Assembly (NCBI RefSeq): GCF_018373095.1
Contig: NZ_JAHAHT010000002.1
Location: 34-64,033, forward strand
Origin: Haemophilus parahaemolyticus
GTDB taxonomy: Bacteria > Pseudomonadota > Gammaproteobacteria > Enterobacterales > Pasteurellaceae
Length of the DNA: 64,000 bases
Direction of reading: 5' to 3'
Shown here: piece by piece, positions 1 through 10,980 of the stretch
Layout: the number at the start of each line of letters is the position of its first letter
Position numbering within the stretch: position 1 is the first letter of the stretch
Position numbers and translations under genes: made by a program
The notes under the pieces: generated by a model
The model's input: the letters and a program-made list of their open reading frames with translations, nothing else
What the model was told of the DNA's origin: nothing
Database searches by the model: none

Positions 1-2099
1 GTTTATATAAACCAGAAGATGTTCACTATATGGATATTTCAACCCAACAAGTGGTGTCTGTGGCTGCTGCACTTATTCCGTTCCTGGAGCACGACGATGC
101 GAACCGTGCGTTGATGGGTGCGAACATGCAACGTCAAGCAGTTCCAACATTACGTGCGGACAAACCGTTAGTGGGTACAGGTATGGAAAAACCTATCGCT
201 CTTGACTCTGGTGTAGCTGTAGTTGCAAAACGCGGTGGTGTGGTGCAATACGTTGACGCATCACGTATCGTGGTGAAAGTCAATGAAGATGAAACGATCC
301 CAGGCGAAGCGGGTATCGACATTTACAACTTAATCAAATACACCCGTTCAAACCAAAACACCTGTATTAACCAAATTCCTTGTGTGAATTTAGGTGAGCC
401 AGTAGCACGTGGTGAGATCTTAGCAGACGGTCCTTCAACAGACTTAGGTGAATTAGCGTTAGGTCAAAACATTCGCGTGGCATTTATGCCTTGGAATGGT
501 TATAACTTCGAAGACTCAATGTTAGTGTCTGAACGTGTGGTTCAAGAAGACCGTTTCACGACAATCCACATTCAAGAATTATCTTGTGTAGCACGTGATA
601 CCAAGTTAGGTGCGGAAGAGATCACCGCGGATATTCCAAATGTGGGTGAATCTGCATTAAGCAAACTAGATGAATCAGGTATCGTTTATGTGGGTGCGGA
701 AGTCAAAGGTGGCGACATCTTAGTGGGTAAAGTAACCCCTAAAGGCGAAACCCAATTAACGCCAGAAGAAAAACTTTTACGTGCAATCTTTGGTGAGAAA
801 GCATCTGATGTTAAAGACTCTTCATTACGCGTACCAAACGGCACTTCAGGTACGGTTATTGATGTTCAAGTCTTCACGCGTGATGGTGTACAAAAGGATA
901 AACGTGCATTAGAAATCGAAGAAATGCAGCTTCGTGAAGCGAAAAAAGACTTAACCGAAGAGTTAGAGATCTTAGAGGCGGGCTTATTCGCACGCGTACG
1001 TAGCCTTTTAGTGGAAGGCGGCGCGGCAGAAGCGACTTTAAATGCAGTTTCTCGTGAAAAATGGTTAGAACAAACGCTTGAAGATGAAGCAAAACAAAAT
1101 CAATTAGAACAACTTGCAGAACAATATGATGAATTACGTAAAGAGTTCGAACGTAAACTTGAAGTTAAACGTAATAAGATTATTCAAGGCGATGATTTAG
1201 CTCCTGGCGTGTTAAAAGTGGTGAAAGTGTATCTTGCTGTGAAACGTCAAATCCAACCAGGGGATAAAATGGCGGGTCGTCACGGTAACAAAGGGGTTAT
1301 CTCAAAAATCAACCCAGTTGAAGATATGCCATACGACGAAAACGGTCAGCCTGTGGAAATCGTGTTGAACCCTCTGGGCGTTCCATCACGTATGAACATC
1401 GGTCAGATCTTAGAAACCCACTTAGGTTTAGCGGCGAAAGGTATCGGTGACCAAATTAATGCGATGATTAAACAGCAACAATCAGTGGCGAAATTACGTG
1501 AATATATCCAAAAAGCGTATGATTTAGGTCACGGTTCACAAAAAGTGGATTTAAGCACCTTCTCTGATGAAGAGATTATGCGTTTAGCTGAAAACCTCCG
1601 TAAAGGTTTACCGCTTGCAACACCAGTGTTTGATGGTGCACACGAAAGCGAAATCAAAGGCTTATTAGAGCTTGGCGGCTTACCAACATCAGGTCAAATT
1701 ACCTTATTTGATGGTCGCACAGGGGAGAAATTCGAGCGTCCTGTAACCGTAGGTTATATGTATATGCTCAAATTGAACCACTTAGTTGATGATAAAATGC
1801 ACGCTCGTTCAACAGGTTCTTATAGTCTTGTTACTCAACAACCGCTTGGTGGTAAAGCACAATTCGGTGGCCAGCGTTTCGGTGAGATGGAGGTTTGGGC
1901 ATTAGAAGCATATGGTGCGGCTTACACTCTACAAGAAATGCTTACAGTGAAATCGGATGACGTGAATGGTCGTACGAAGATGTATAAAAACATCGTAGAT
2001 GGTACGCACTACATGGAACCAGGTATTCCAGAGTCGTTCAACGTAATCACCAAAGAAATCCGTGCATTAGCGATTGATATGGAGTTGGATGAGGCGTAA
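1..2099 (+). CDS. rpoB: DNA-directed RNA polymerase subunit beta. Partial: only the C-terminal ~699 codons are in the window; the frame is open from position 3.
   Basis: The translation matches the RpoB C-terminal half (e.g. ...[25 protein letters not shown]..., ...[19 protein letters not shown]). It lies immediately upstream of rpoC. Confidence 0.97.
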   Translation, partial: LYKPEDVHYMDISTQQVVSVAAALIPFLEHDDANRALMGANMQRQAVPTLRADKPLVGTGMEKPIALDSGVAVVAKRGGVVQYVDASRIVVKVNEDETIPGEAGIDIYNLIKYTRSNQNTCINQIPCVNLGEPVARGEILADGPSTDLGELALGQNIRVAFMPWNGYNFEDSMLVSERVVQEDRFTTIHIQELSCVARDTKLGAEEITADIPNVGESALSKLDESGIVYVGAEVKGGDILVGKVTPKGETQLTPEEKLLRAIFGEKASDVKDSSLRVPNGTSGTVIDVQVFTRDGVQKDKRALEIEEMQLREAKKDLTEELEILEAGLFARVRSLLVEGGAAEATLNAVSREKWLEQTLEDEAKQNQLEQLAEQYDELRKEFERKLEVKRNKIIQGDDLAPGVLKVVKVYLAVKRQIQPGDKMAGRHGNKGVISKINPVEDMPYDENGQPVEIVLNPLGVPSRMNIGQILETHLGLAAKGIGDQINAMIKQQQSVAKLREYIQKAYDLGHGSQKVDLSTFSDEEIMRLAENLRKGLPLATPVFDGAHESEIKGLLELGGLPTSGQITLFDGRTGEKFERPVTVGYMYMLKLNHLVDDKMHARSTGSYSLVTQQPLGGKAQFGGQRFGEMEVWALEAYGAAYTLQEMLTVKSDDVNGRTKMYKNIVDGTHYMEPGIPESFNVITKEIRALAIDMELDEA

Positions 2100-2361
2100 T
2101 TAGAGGTTAACGGAGAAAGAAAAGCTCTCTTCTTTAGTAAAGAGGGGCTGTGGGAGATTTGATAGCAATGTGAAATCTCCCAATGTACTCCGTTTTTACT
2201 TCTGCCAAATCTCCCCTAACCCTTCTTTACCAAAGAGGGAGACGGGAACAAGCGGTCAAATTTGCAAAAAATTTTACAAATCGAACCGCTTGCAATCGAA
2301 AAAAAATTTATAAGGTGGGCGAAGCCTGCCAAGCAAAACAACCTCAAACTAGGGGCAAAAA
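2100..2361 (+). promoter_or_regulatory. rpoB-rpoC intergenic region with several alternative stem-loops and an inverted USS pair. Likely a processing or partial attenuation site.
   Basis: GGGAGATTT at ~2148 can pair with AAATCTCCC at ~2173 or ~2206. CTCTTCTTTA..AAAGAGGGG and CCCTTCTTTA..AAAGAGGG are palindromes. ACAAGCGGTC at 2248 faces GACCGCTTG at 2283. E. coli has an RNase III site and attenuator at this junction. Confidence 0.4.
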
Positions 2362-5300
2362 GTGAAAGACTTAGTTAAGTTTTTAAAAGCACAATCTAAA
2401 TCAAATGATGATTTTGATGTAATTAAAATCGGTTTAGCCTCACCAGATAAGATTCGTTCTTGGTCTTTTGGTGAAGTGAAAAAACCAGAAACCATCAATT
2501 ACCGTACCTTTAAACCTGAGCGTGATGGTCTTTTCTGTGCACGTATTTTCGGGCCGGTAAAAGATTACGAATGTTTATGTGGCAAATACAAACGCTTAAA
2601 ACACCGTGGTGTAATTTGTGAAAAATGTGGCGTTGAAGTAACCCAAACTAAAGTTCGTCGTGATCGTATGGGTCATATCGAATTAGCTTGCCCTGTGGCA
2701 CATATCTGGTTTTTAAAATCATTACCGTCCCGTATCGGTTTGATTTTAGATATGCCATTGCGTGATATTGAACGTGTGCTTTATTTCGAAAGCTATGTGG
2801 TAACAGAACCAGGTATGACTGATTTAGAAAAAGGTCAGTTATTAACTGAAGAACAGTTCATGGACGCAGAAGAGCGTTGGGGCGATGAGTTTGATGCGAA
2901 AATGGGTGCAGAAGGTATTCAAGCGTTATTACGCGATATGGATTTAGAGCACCAATGTGAAATGATGCGTGAAGAGTTACAAGAAACTAACTCTGAAACT
3001 AAACGTAAAAAAATCACAAAACGTTTAAAATTATTAGAAGCGTTCCAACAATCTGGTAACAAACCAGAATGGATGGTAATGACTGTGTTGCCAGTGCTTC
3101 CACCAGATTTACGTCCATTAGTACCACTTGATGGTGGTCGTTTTGCGACATCAGATCTGAACGATTTATACCGTCGTGTGATCAACCGTAATAACCGTTT
3201 AAAACGCTTATTAGACCTCGTAGCACCAGACATTATCGTGCGTAACGAAAAACGTATGTTGCAAGAGTCTGTAGACGCGTTATTAGATAACGGTCGTCGT
3301 GGTCGTGCGATTACAGGTTCAAACAAACGTCCATTAAAATCTCTTGCCGATATGATCAAGGGTAAACAAGGTCGTTTCCGTCAGAACTTGTTAGGTAAAC
3401 GTGTTGACTATTCGGGTCGTTCGGTAATTACCGTAGGTCCATACTTACGTCTTCACCAATGTGGTTTGCCGAAAAAAATGGCATTGGAATTATTCCGTCC
3501 ATTTATTTACTCAAAATTAGAAAACCGTGGCATTGCATCAACAATCAAAGCTGCGAAGAAAATGGTTGAGCGTGAAGAGCCGATCGTATGGGATATTCTT
3601 GCAGAAGTTATCCGCGAACACCCGATTCTTCTAAACCGTGCACCAACCCTTCACCGTTTAGGTATTCAGGCATTCGAGCCAATCCTTATCGAAGGTAAAG
3701 CAATCCAGTTACACCCACTTGTTTGTGCAGCGTTCAATGCGGACTTCGATGGTGACCAAATGGCGGTTCACGTTCCATTAACGTTAGAGGCACAGTTAGA
3801 AGCACGTGCGTTAATGATGTCAACCAACAACGTACTTTCACCAGCAAGTGGTGACCCAATTATTGTTCCATCTCAAGACGTTGTATTAGGTTTGTACTAT
3901 ATGACTCGTGAGAAAGTAAACGGTAAAGGCGAAGGAATGTACTTCTTAGACCCACGCGAGGCAGAAAAAGCCTATCGCACAGGTCAAGCAGAGTTACATT
4001 CACGTGTTAAAGTACGTATTACTGAATATGTGAAAAATGAAGCGGGCGAATTTGAACCAAAAACTTCATTAATCGACACCACAGTTGGTCGTGCAATTTT
4101 ATGGATGATCGCACCGAAAGGTATGCCATACAAATTATTCAACCAAACGTTAGGTAAAAAAGCGATTTCTAAGCTCATCAACGAATGTTACCGTCGTTTA
4201 GGCTTGAAAGAGTCTGTATTACTTGCTGACCAAGTAATGTACACAGGTTTCGCATATGCGGCACGTTCTGGTGCATCAGTGGGTATCAACGATATGGTGA
4301 TCCCAGCACAAAAAGAAGAGATCATCCGTGCAGCAGAAGCAGAAGTTGCTGAGATCCAAGAGCAATTTAACTCAGGTTTAGTAACCGTAGGCGAACGTTA
4401 TAACAAAGTAATCGATATTTGGGCTGCGGCGAACGAACGCGTGGCGAAAGCGATGATGGACAACCTTTCAACGGAAGAAGTGATTAACCGTGAAGGTAAC
4501 CCAGAAAAACAAGCTTCATTCAACAGCATCTTTATGATGGCGGACTCTGGTGCACGTGGTTCTGCAGCTCAGATTCGTCAGTTAGCAGGTATGCGTGGTT
4601 TGATGGCACGTCCAGATGGTTCGATCATCGAAACTCCAATCACGGCGAACTTCCGTGAAGGCTTGAACGTTCTTCAGTACTTTATTTCAACCCACGGTGC
4701 ACGTAAAGGTCTTGCCGATACGGCGTTGAAAACTGCGAACTCTGGTTACTTAACTCGTCGTTTAGTAGATGTAGCACAAGACTTAGTAATCATCGAAGAC
4801 GATTGTGGTACTTCAGAAGGTATCGTAATGACTCCACACATTGAAGGTGGTGATGAAAAAGTACCATTACGCGAATTAGTATTAGGTCGTGTAGCAGCTG
4901 AAGACGTATTAAAACCAGGTTCAGAAGAAGTATTAATTCCGCGTAACACCTTAATCGATGAAAAATGGTGTGATGTGATTGATGAGAACTCTGTTGATAG
5001 CATCAAAGTACGTTCTGTTGTAACTTGTGATACCGATTTCGGTGTGTGTGCGAAATGTTACGGACGTGACTTGGCACGCGGTCACTTAATCAACCAAGGT
5101 GAAGCAGTGGGTGTTATTGCGGCACAATCAATCGGTGAGCCAGGTACACAGTTAACCATGCGTACGTTCCACATCGGTGGTGCGGCATCTGCGGCAGCCA
5201 AAGAGTCTAGCGTACAAGTAAAAAACAACGGTACGATCAAGTTAGCAAATGCGAAATTCGTTACTAACAAAGAGGATAAGTTGGTATTAACTTCACGTAA

Positions 5301-6648
5301 CACTGAATTAACCGTGATTGACACCTTCGGTCGTACCAAAGAGAACTATAAAGTTCCTTACGGTGCAGTGCTTTCTAAACACGACGGCGATGAAGTGGCA
5401 GTAGGCGAAGTAGTTGCAAACTGGGATCCGCATACAATGCCAGTTATCTCAGAGGTATCAGGTCGCATCCAATTCAGCGACATCGTCGATGGTCTAACCG
5501 TTACTCGTCAAACGGATGAATTAACAGGTGTATCATCAATCGTGGTACAAGATGTGGGTGAGCGTGCAACTGCAGGTAAAGATTTACGTCCAGCATTACG
5601 CTTAGTGGATGCAAACGGTAATGATATCTTAATCCCTGGCACAGATGTTCCTGCACAATACTTCTTACCGGGTAAAGCGATTGTAACGCTTGATGATGGT
5701 GCAGAAATCGCAGTGGGTGAAGCATTAGCACGTATTCCACAAGAATCTGTAGGTACGAAAGATATTACCGGTGGTCTTCCACGCGTTGCAGACTTATTCG
5801 AAGCACGTAAACCGAAAGAACCAGCAATCCTTGCGGAAATCTCAGGTATCGTTTCATTCGGTAAAGAAACCAAAGGTAAACGCCGCTTAGTAATCACTCC
5901 TGCAGAGGGCGAAGCATACGAAGAAATGATTCCAAAATGGCGTCAGCTCAACGTATTCGAAGGCGAAATGGTACAACGTGGTGACGTGATTTCTGATGGT
6001 GCAGAAACGCCACACGATATCTTACGTTTACGCGGCGTACACGCAGTAACCAACTACATCGTGAACGAAGTACAAGAAGTTTACCGCTTACAAGGGGTAA
6101 AAATTAACGATAAACACATCGAAGTTATCGTTCGCCAAATGTTGCGTAAAGCAATCATCACCAACGCTTACGACTCAGAATTCCTTGAAGGGGAACAAGT
6201 GGAAGTGGCACGCGTGAAAATTGCAAACCGCAAACGTGCAGCAGAAGGCAAACCGTTGGTAGAATTTGAACGTGAATTGCTAGGTATCACCAAAGCATCA
6301 CTTGCGACTGAATCATTTATCTCAGCGGCATCGTTCCAAGAAACTACCCGTGTGCTTACCGAAGCAGCCGTTGCAGGTAAACAAGACGAATTACGAGGCT
6401 TGAAAGAGAACGTTATCGTAGGTCGTTTAATCCCAGCAGGTACAGGTTTTGCTTACCACAAAGCACGTGCAGAAAAACGTGCTGCGGCAGCTGCAGGACA
6501 AGCGGTTGATTTTGCAGAAACTTTTGCAAATCCAACCAACAGTTTTGCCACTGATGCAGACATTGAAGCAGAGTTTGAGTTCGTCGCTGACGACGCAACC
6601 CAAAGCTTAGCTGCTTTGTTAAATGCAGAAATGGATTCAGAAGAGTAA
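2362..6648 (+). CDS. rpoC: DNA-directed RNA polymerase subunit beta prime (GTG start)
   Basis: 1428-aa ORF with the zinc-finger CxxC..CxxC, NADFDGD catalytic motif and full-length RpoC similarity. Conserved rpoBC synteny. Confidence 0.98.
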   Translation: MKDLVKFLKAQSKSNDDFDVIKIGLASPDKIRSWSFGEVKKPETINYRTFKPERDGLFCARIFGPVKDYECLCGKYKRLKHRGVICEKCGVEVTQTKVRRDRMGHIELACPVAHIWFLKSLPSRIGLILDMPLRDIERVLYFESYVVTEPGMTDLEKGQLLTEEQFMDAEERWGDEFDAKMGAEGIQALLRDMDLEHQCEMMREELQETNSETKRKKITKRLKLLEAFQQSGNKPEWMVMTVLPVLPPDLRPLVPLDGGRFATSDLNDLYRRVINRNNRLKRLLDLVAPDIIVRNEKRMLQESVDALLDNGRRGRAITGSNKRPLKSLADMIKGKQGRFRQNLLGKRVDYSGRSVITVGPYLRLHQCGLPKKMALELFRPFIYSKLENRGIASTIKAAKKMVEREEPIVWDILAEVIREHPILLNRAPTLHRLGIQAFEPILIEGKAIQLHPLVCAAFNADFDGDQMAVHVPLTLEAQLEARALMMSTNNVLSPASGDPIIVPSQDVVLGLYYMTREKVNGKGEGMYFLDPREAEKAYRTGQAELHSRVKVRITEYVKNEAGEFEPKTSLIDTTVGRAILWMIAPKGMPYKLFNQTLGKKAISKLINECYRRLGLKESVLLADQVMYTGFAYAARSGASVGINDMVIPAQKEEIIRAAEAEVAEIQEQFNSGLVTVGERYNKVIDIWAAANERVAKAMMDNLSTEEVINREGNPEKQASFNSIFMMADSGARGSAAQIRQLAGMRGLMARPDGSIIETPITANFREGLNVLQYFISTHGARKGLADTALKTANSGYLTRRLVDVAQDLVIIEDDCGTSEGIVMTPHIEGGDEKVPLRELVLGRVAAEDVLKPGSEEVLIPRNTLIDEKWCDVIDENSVDSIKVRSVVTCDTDFGVCAKCYGRDLARGHLINQGEAVGVIAAQSIGEPGTQLTMRTFHIGGAASAAAKESSVQVKNNGTIKLANAKFVTNKEDKLVLTSRNTELTVIDTFGRTKENYKVPYGAVLSKHDGDEVAVGEVVANWDPHTMPVISEVSGRIQFSDIVDGLTVTRQTDELTGVSSIVVQDVGERATAGKDLRPALRLVDANGNDILIPGTDVPAQYFLPGKAIVTLDDGAEIAVGEALARIPQESVGTKDITGGLPRVADLFEARKPKEPAILAEISGIVSFGKETKGKRRLVITPAEGEAYEEMIPKWRQLNVFEGEMVQRGDVISDGAETPHDILRLRGVHAVTNYIVNEVQEVYRLQGVKINDKHIEVIVRQMLRKAIITNAYDSEFLEGEQVEVARVKIANRKRAAEGKPLVEFERELLGITKASLATESFISAASFQETTRVLTEAAVAGKQDELRGLKENVIVGRLIPAGTGFAYHKARAEKRAAAAAGQAVDFAETFANPTNSFATDADIEAEFEFVADDATQSLAALLNAEMDSEE

Positions 6649-6656
6649 TCCAGAAG

Positions 6657-6726
6657 GTGGGCTTCTAGCCCACCAATTAAAGATAGAGAAAGCCCTCAGG
6701 ACATTGAGTTCTGAGGGTTTTTATTT
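6657..6726 (+). terminator. rpoC terminator made of two consecutive hairpins
   Basis: GGTGGGCttctaGCCCACC at 6657-6675, then AGCCCTCAG..CTGAGGGTTTTTATTT at 6691-6726. Confidence 0.6.
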
Positions 6727-6873
6727 ATGCGAAAACGAAAATCTTTGCTAAAGCGATGATGAAAAAATAGAAAAATAATTATTTCTGAACGAATTAAATT
6801 TTGTAGAAGAAAATTGGGGATTGTACCAAAAAAAGGTATAATCCCCTTAATTTTTTATGATAAAGAGAACGTT

Positions 6874-7680
6874 ATGAGTAATATTCCATTAAGAAACGAA
6901 CAAGAAATCGAGAAACTTCGTGAAGCCTGCAAATTAGCTTCCGATGTGTTAGTAATGATTGAACCTTATGTGAAAGAGGGCGTGAGCACAGGCGAATTAG
7001 ACCGCATTTGCCACGAATATATGGTTAATGAGCAGAAAGTAATTCCTGCTTGTTTAAACTATCACGGATTCCCAAAATCAACCTGCATTTCTATTAATGA
7101 AGTAGTTTGCCACGGAATTCCAAGTGATGACAAAAAGCTGAAAAAAGGTGATATTGTAAACATCGATGTCACGGTAATCAAAGACGGCTATTTCGGCGAC
7201 AACTCCAAAATGTATGTGGTAGGCGAGCCTTCTATTCGTGATAAACGCTTATTAGAAGTAACACAAGAATCACTTTACATTGGCTTACGCCAAGTAAAAC
7301 CAGGCATTCGCTTAAAAGAGATCGGCACAGCGATTCAAAAATATGTGGAAAAAGAAGGCTTCTCTGTGGTACGTGAATATTGCGGTCACGGCGTAGGCAC
7401 AGAGTTCCACTGCGATCCACAAGTCTTGCACTACAACGGTGACGATGGTGGTGTAGTGTTAAAAGAAGGCATGGTGTTTACCATTGAACCAATGGTCAAT
7501 GCAGGCAAAAAAGAGATCCGCACGATGAATGATGGCTGGACAGTAAAAACCAAAGACCGTAGCCACTCAGCTCAATATGAACACCAAATTGTGGTGACCA
7601 AAGATGGCTGTGAAGTGATGACCATTCGTGATGAAGAAATTGCCGAAGGGCGAATTTCGCGTGTAATGGTGAATGTATAA
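6874..7680 (+). CDS. map: methionine aminopeptidase type I
   Basis: MSNIPLRNEQEIEKLREACKLA... shows full-length MAP similarity and the metal-binding residues (HGIP, CGHGVG). The ATG at 6874 is preferred over the longer ORF that starts at 6814. Confidence 0.95.
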   Translation: MSNIPLRNEQEIEKLREACKLASDVLVMIEPYVKEGVSTGELDRICHEYMVNEQKVIPACLNYHGFPKSTCISINEVVCHGIPSDDKKLKKGDIVNIDVTVIKDGYFGDNSKMYVVGEPSIRDKRLLEVTQESLYIGLRQVKPGIRLKEIGTAIQKYVEKEGFSVVREYCGHGVGTEFHCDPQVLHYNGDDGGVVLKEGMVFTIEPMVNAGKKEIRTMNDGWTVKTKDRSHSAQYEHQIVVTKDGCEVMTIRDEEIAEGRISRVMVNV

Positions 7681-7700
7681 AATTTAATTCTTTAAAGTAA

Positions 7701-7738
7701 AAGGCTGATTGATTTCCTCCAATCAGCCTTATTTTTAC
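7701..7738. terminator. bidirectional rho-independent terminator downstream of map
   Basis: AAGGCTGATTGatttcctccAATCAGCCTT followed by ATTTTTACT. Confidence 0.6.
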
Positions 7739-7842
7739 TCCTTCGGCAAGCGAGAAAGGATACCCACGCCAACGATAGTATCTGCTGTCACAAATTTCAG
7801 TGCTGCTTTCGCCGCTATTTTCTTCATTTCTTGTTGGTTCAT
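7735..7842 (-). pseudogene. rpiA: 5' remnant of ribose-5-phosphate isomerase A: 35 codons, of which only the first ~27 residues are RpiA-like.
   Basis: The minus-strand frame reads MNQQEMKKIAAKAALKFVTADTIVGVG, then ILSRLPKE*. This matches the E. coli RpiA N-terminus [31 protein letters not shown] and diverges where the GTGST motif should be. The rest of the gene is missing. Confidence 0.6.
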
Positions 7843-8093
7843 TACGTTTTCCTATTATTGCTTTAAAGATAAAAATTGGTCTCAATGTGTGCCAAAGAGC
7901 AAGCTACATCAAGTGATAATTTGTCATAAGTCATTTGAAAATTTTTCTGAAAATAAAAAATTTTGTTTTGCTAATTTTCCGCTAATTTTTCCTCTCTAGA
8001 ATACACACCATCAAGAGTAGAGATGCTTTTGGTCATAATGATTTTAAACTCTATGAAAATAAACTATTTTTACATGCTTACAAGGAGCAACTT

Positions 8094-8717
8094 ATGAAAA
8101 AATCAGTAAAAACTTTAGCAGCAACATTATTAGCAGGTATTATGGCTTTCGGTGCAATCAATGCAAATGCAATGTCTCCAAAAGACCAAGATGCTTTGGG
8201 TAAAGCTAAAATCACGGCAGCACAAGCATTATCTACCGCACAAACAAAAATCGGTGCCGATGCGAAAATAAAAAGTATTGATTTTAAACATCACTACTTT
8301 GGTAAAGATCATTTTGAAGTTGAAATGTTTGCTAACGGTCAAAAACAAAAAGTGGCAGTAGATGCAGCAAGCGGTGATATTTTAGGCGTGGAAAGCAAAG
8401 CCCTTAAAACCGTGAAAGTTAGCCCAACAGCAGATATTGCACCACAAGTGAACTTCGCTCAAGCAATGGACACCGCGGTAGCAAAAACGGGCGGTAAAGT
8501 GGCAGAAGCGGACTTAGAATATAAACGCGGTATGGTATTCTACAAAATTGAAACCGTAAACAATGGTGTGGTTTATAAAGTGGCGGTAGATGCAAACAGC
8601 GGGCAAATTATTGATATGCCACAAAAACATGAAGGTAAACATCATAAACACGCTCGTTTTGAAAAAGGCGAACGTCACAAACATCCTCAAAATGAAGGCG
8701 GTTTCCGTCAAAACTAA
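8094..8717 (+). CDS. secreted tandem-PepSY domain protein with a His-rich C-terminal tail
   Basis: Signal peptide MKKSVKTLAATLLAGIMAFGAINANA. Two PepSY-like repeats (...FEVEMFANGQKQKVAVDAASGDILGVE and ...VFYKIETVNNGVVYKVAVDANSGQIIDM). The tail is HEGKHHKHARFEKGERHKHPQNEGG. Confidence 0.8.
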   Translation: MKKSVKTLAATLLAGIMAFGAINANAMSPKDQDALGKAKITAAQALSTAQTKIGADAKIKSIDFKHHYFGKDHFEVEMFANGQKQKVAVDAASGDILGVESKALKTVKVSPTADIAPQVNFAQAMDTAVAKTGGKVAEADLEYKRGMVFYKIETVNNGVVYKVAVDANSGQIIDMPQKHEGKHHKHARFEKGERHKHPQNEGGFRQN

Positions 8718-8743
8718 TCTTATCTTCGCATTGTGCGATGTCG

Positions 8744-8768
8744 GGCGGATGTATTTCCGCCTATTTTT
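8744..8768 (+). terminator. hairpin plus T-run after the PepSY gene
   Basis: GGCGGAtgtattTCCGCC followed by TATTTTT. Confidence 0.5.
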
Positions 8769-8808
8769 CGATAAAATCTCGTCAATTTTTTGATCCTTCA
8801 TTTTTACT

Positions 8809-9474
8809 ATGCGAATTTTATTGGTCGAAGACGACAAAATGATTGCCGAAGCGGTATCGAACGGCTTAAAAACCGCTCGTTATGCGGTGGATTGGGTAAA
8901 CAACGGCAACACGGCAGAACAGGCGTTAAACAGCCAACAATATGATTTGGTGTTGCTCGATTTGGGTTTACCAGGGCAAGATGGTTTGCAAGTACTGAAA
9001 CATCTCCGACAAGAGAAAAACAATACGCCTGTGTTGATTGTCACCGCGCGTGATGATTTGGATAGTCGCTTGGCAGGCTTAGACGGTGGGGCGGACGATT
9101 ACATTATTAAACCTTTTGATTTGTCCGAATTACTTGCCCGCATTCGTGCTGTCCTGCGTCGCCAAAGCGGACAAAGTACACCATTGTTAAGTAACGGTGC
9201 TATAACCCTCAATCCGACGAATTACCAAGTTACTCTCGCTGATCAACCGATGCCGATTGAGCTTAGCAACAAAGAGTTTTCCATTCTGCAAGCCTTAATG
9301 ACAAGACCAGGGATTATCCATTCTCGTGCCGATTTGGAAGATAAAATCTACGCGTGGGGCGATGAGGTGGAGAGCAACGCCATTGATTTTCTGATTCACG
9401 CCTTACGCAAGAAAATCGGCAAAGAGCATATTAAAAATGTGCGAGGCGTGGGGTGGTTGGTGTCTAAAAATTAG
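8809..9474 (+). CDS. OmpR/PhoB-family response regulator, QseB/BasR(PmrA)-like
   Basis: MRILLVEDDKMIAEAV...DLVLLDLGLPGQDGLQVL receiver domain, followed by a winged-helix C-terminus (ALRKKIGKEHIKNVRGVGW). Confidence 0.9.
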   Translation: MRILLVEDDKMIAEAVSNGLKTARYAVDWVNNGNTAEQALNSQQYDLVLLDLGLPGQDGLQVLKHLRQEKNNTPVLIVTARDDLDSRLAGLDGGADDYIIKPFDLSELLARIRAVLRRQSGQSTPLLSNGAITLNPTNYQVTLADQPMPIELSNKEFSILQALMTRPGIIHSRADLEDKIYAWGDEVESNAIDFLIHALRKKIGKEHIKNVRGVGWLVSKN

Positions 9475-9511
9475 TGATACCTCGGATAATAACCTTACCC
9501 TAAGAGGAAAA

Positions 9512-10891
9512 ATGAAAAACTCAATCCAACTCAAACTCACTTTAGCTTTTACTGCCCTTTTCACCGTGGTGGCAGGCATTGCGGGCGGTGTTTCGTTCTA
9601 CGATACTTACCGCGAAACGTACAAACTGCAAGACGATATGTTGGTTCAGCTTTCGGGCTTTGTCAATTCTGTGGAAAATCCGACCGCACTTTCGGGGGAT
9701 TTTCGTCCACCACGCGATAACGATGCACGAATTTATATGCATTTTGAGCGAAACGGCACGCATACAGAAAGTCTTCCGCCGAATTTTCCACAGCAAATGG
9801 AAGATGGTTTCCATACACTCAGAAAAGATGGCAAAAAATACAAAAGAGTCAAACCGCACAAAGAAAATCGCTTTTGGTTTACGTTGAAAAACGCCAATGA
9901 TTTATACCGCACTTACGTTCGTAACACACCCAACGGCAAGATTATCATCACCCAAGAAAATGAATATCGTGAAGAACTGGCATTCCGCAGTGCATGGCAG
10001 AGCGTGATTCCGCTGATTGTGTTGTTGCCGTTGATTATTTTGCTGACCATTTGGATTGTCCGTCTCGCAATGAAGCCTGTAGACAGACTTTCTCACAAGC
10101 TAGAAAAACGCCACGAGCAAAATCTTACACCGTTGCCGACGGAAAAAATCCCGAGCGAAATTCGCGGATTTGTGGTGGAAATCAACCGCTTGCTGGGGCG
10201 AACAGATGAATTTATTCAGCAACAAAAACGCTTTATTGCGGATGCGTCACACGAGTTGCGTAGTCCGATGACTGCACTTTCCTTGCAAGTAGAGCAACTC
10301 GCTCATCAAGATTTGCCTGCTGAAGCCAAAACTCAACTTATCCAAGTGAAACAAGGTCTTCAGCGTAGTCGTAACTTACTAGAACAGCTGCTTTCATTGG
10401 CTCGCATTCAAAATAACAAAATGGAAAACCACAGCGATTTTAACGTGCAGGATATTTTCCGCAGCGTAATTGAAGATTTGCTACCTCTTGCCCTCGATAA
10501 AGATCAGGATTTGGGTGTAACGAATGAGCAAGCAGTCAAGTTCCACGGTTCAGAAACGGATCTCTACTTGCTCGTTAAAACGCTGGTGGATAACGCCATT
10601 CGCTACACACCAAACGGTAGCCAGATTGATTTAAGTGTCAAAGAGAAAGGCGGTAGCATTCAGATCTGCGTAGAAGATAACGGCAACGGCATTCCACCAG
10701 AAGAACGCCAACGTGTGCTAGATCCGTTCTACCGCATTCTTGGCACAGAGCAACAAGGCTCTGGCTTAGGCTTGGCGATTGCTGAGGAGATTGTGAAAAA
10801 TTATGGTGGAAAAATTGAATTAAAAGATTCAGTGAGTTTTGAAACGGGGTTGTTAGTGGAAGTTGAATTACCAACAAGCGGTCAAATTTAG
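9512..10891 (+). CDS. sensor histidine kinase, QseC/BasS(PmrB)-like
   Basis: Two TM segments flank a periplasmic domain, followed by HAMP, the H-box FIADASHELRSPMTAL and HATPase_c N/G boxes (DNGNGIP, GSGLGLAI). The ATG at 9512 has an AAGAGGAAA RBS; the longer ORF from 9437 overlaps the response regulator. Confidence 0.9.
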   Translation: MKNSIQLKLTLAFTALFTVVAGIAGGVSFYDTYRETYKLQDDMLVQLSGFVNSVENPTALSGDFRPPRDNDARIYMHFERNGTHTESLPPNFPQQMEDGFHTLRKDGKKYKRVKPHKENRFWFTLKNANDLYRTYVRNTPNGKIIITQENEYREELAFRSAWQSVIPLIVLLPLIILLTIWIVRLAMKPVDRLSHKLEKRHEQNLTPLPTEKIPSEIRGFVVEINRLLGRTDEFIQQQKRFIADASHELRSPMTALSLQVEQLAHQDLPAEAKTQLIQVKQGLQRSRNLLEQLLSLARIQNNKMENHSDFNVQDIFRSVIEDLLPLALDKDQDLGVTNEQAVKFHGSETDLYLLVKTLVDNAIRYTPNGSQIDLSVKEKGGSIQICVEDNGNGIPPEERQRVLDPFYRILGTEQQGSGLGLAIAEEIVKNYGGKIELKDSVSFETGLLVEVELPTSGQI

Positions 10892-10899
10892 GAAATTTT

Positions 10900-10926
10900 T
10901 TGTAAAAGTGATTAAGGCGATATAAT
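10900..10926 (+). promoter_or_regulatory. putative sigma-70 promoter for the FtsZ-like gene
   Basis: TTGTAA, a ~15-nt spacer and a perfect TATAAT at 10921-10926. AGGAG RBS at 10969-10973, 7 nt before the ATG. Confidence 0.4.
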
Positions 10927-10980
10927 TTGTTGCATTATTTTATTATTCTGCATATAGCTTAAATCAATAGGAGAAGAAAA

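Noticed and set aside
2919-6598. Multiple antisense or out-of-frame ORFs inside rpoC (e.g. 2919..3359-, 4746..5006-, 5508..5897-)
   Set aside because: They are fully embedded in the strongly supported rpoC frame, have low-complexity translations and have no start signals. These are typical shadow ORFs.
7496-7999. ORF-track calls 7496..7885 (-) and 7709..7999 (+) in the map/PepSY intergenic region
   Set aside because: They have no homology and no RBS, and they overlap the terminator hairpin. The only meaningful coding signal here is the 35-codon rpiA 5' remnant in a different minus-strand frame (7735..7842).
8514-8837. ORFs 8514..8837 (-) and 8590..8793 (+) overlapping the PepSY 3' end and terminator
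   Set aside because: They overlap a confidently called gene and its terminator, and their AT-rich translations have no features.
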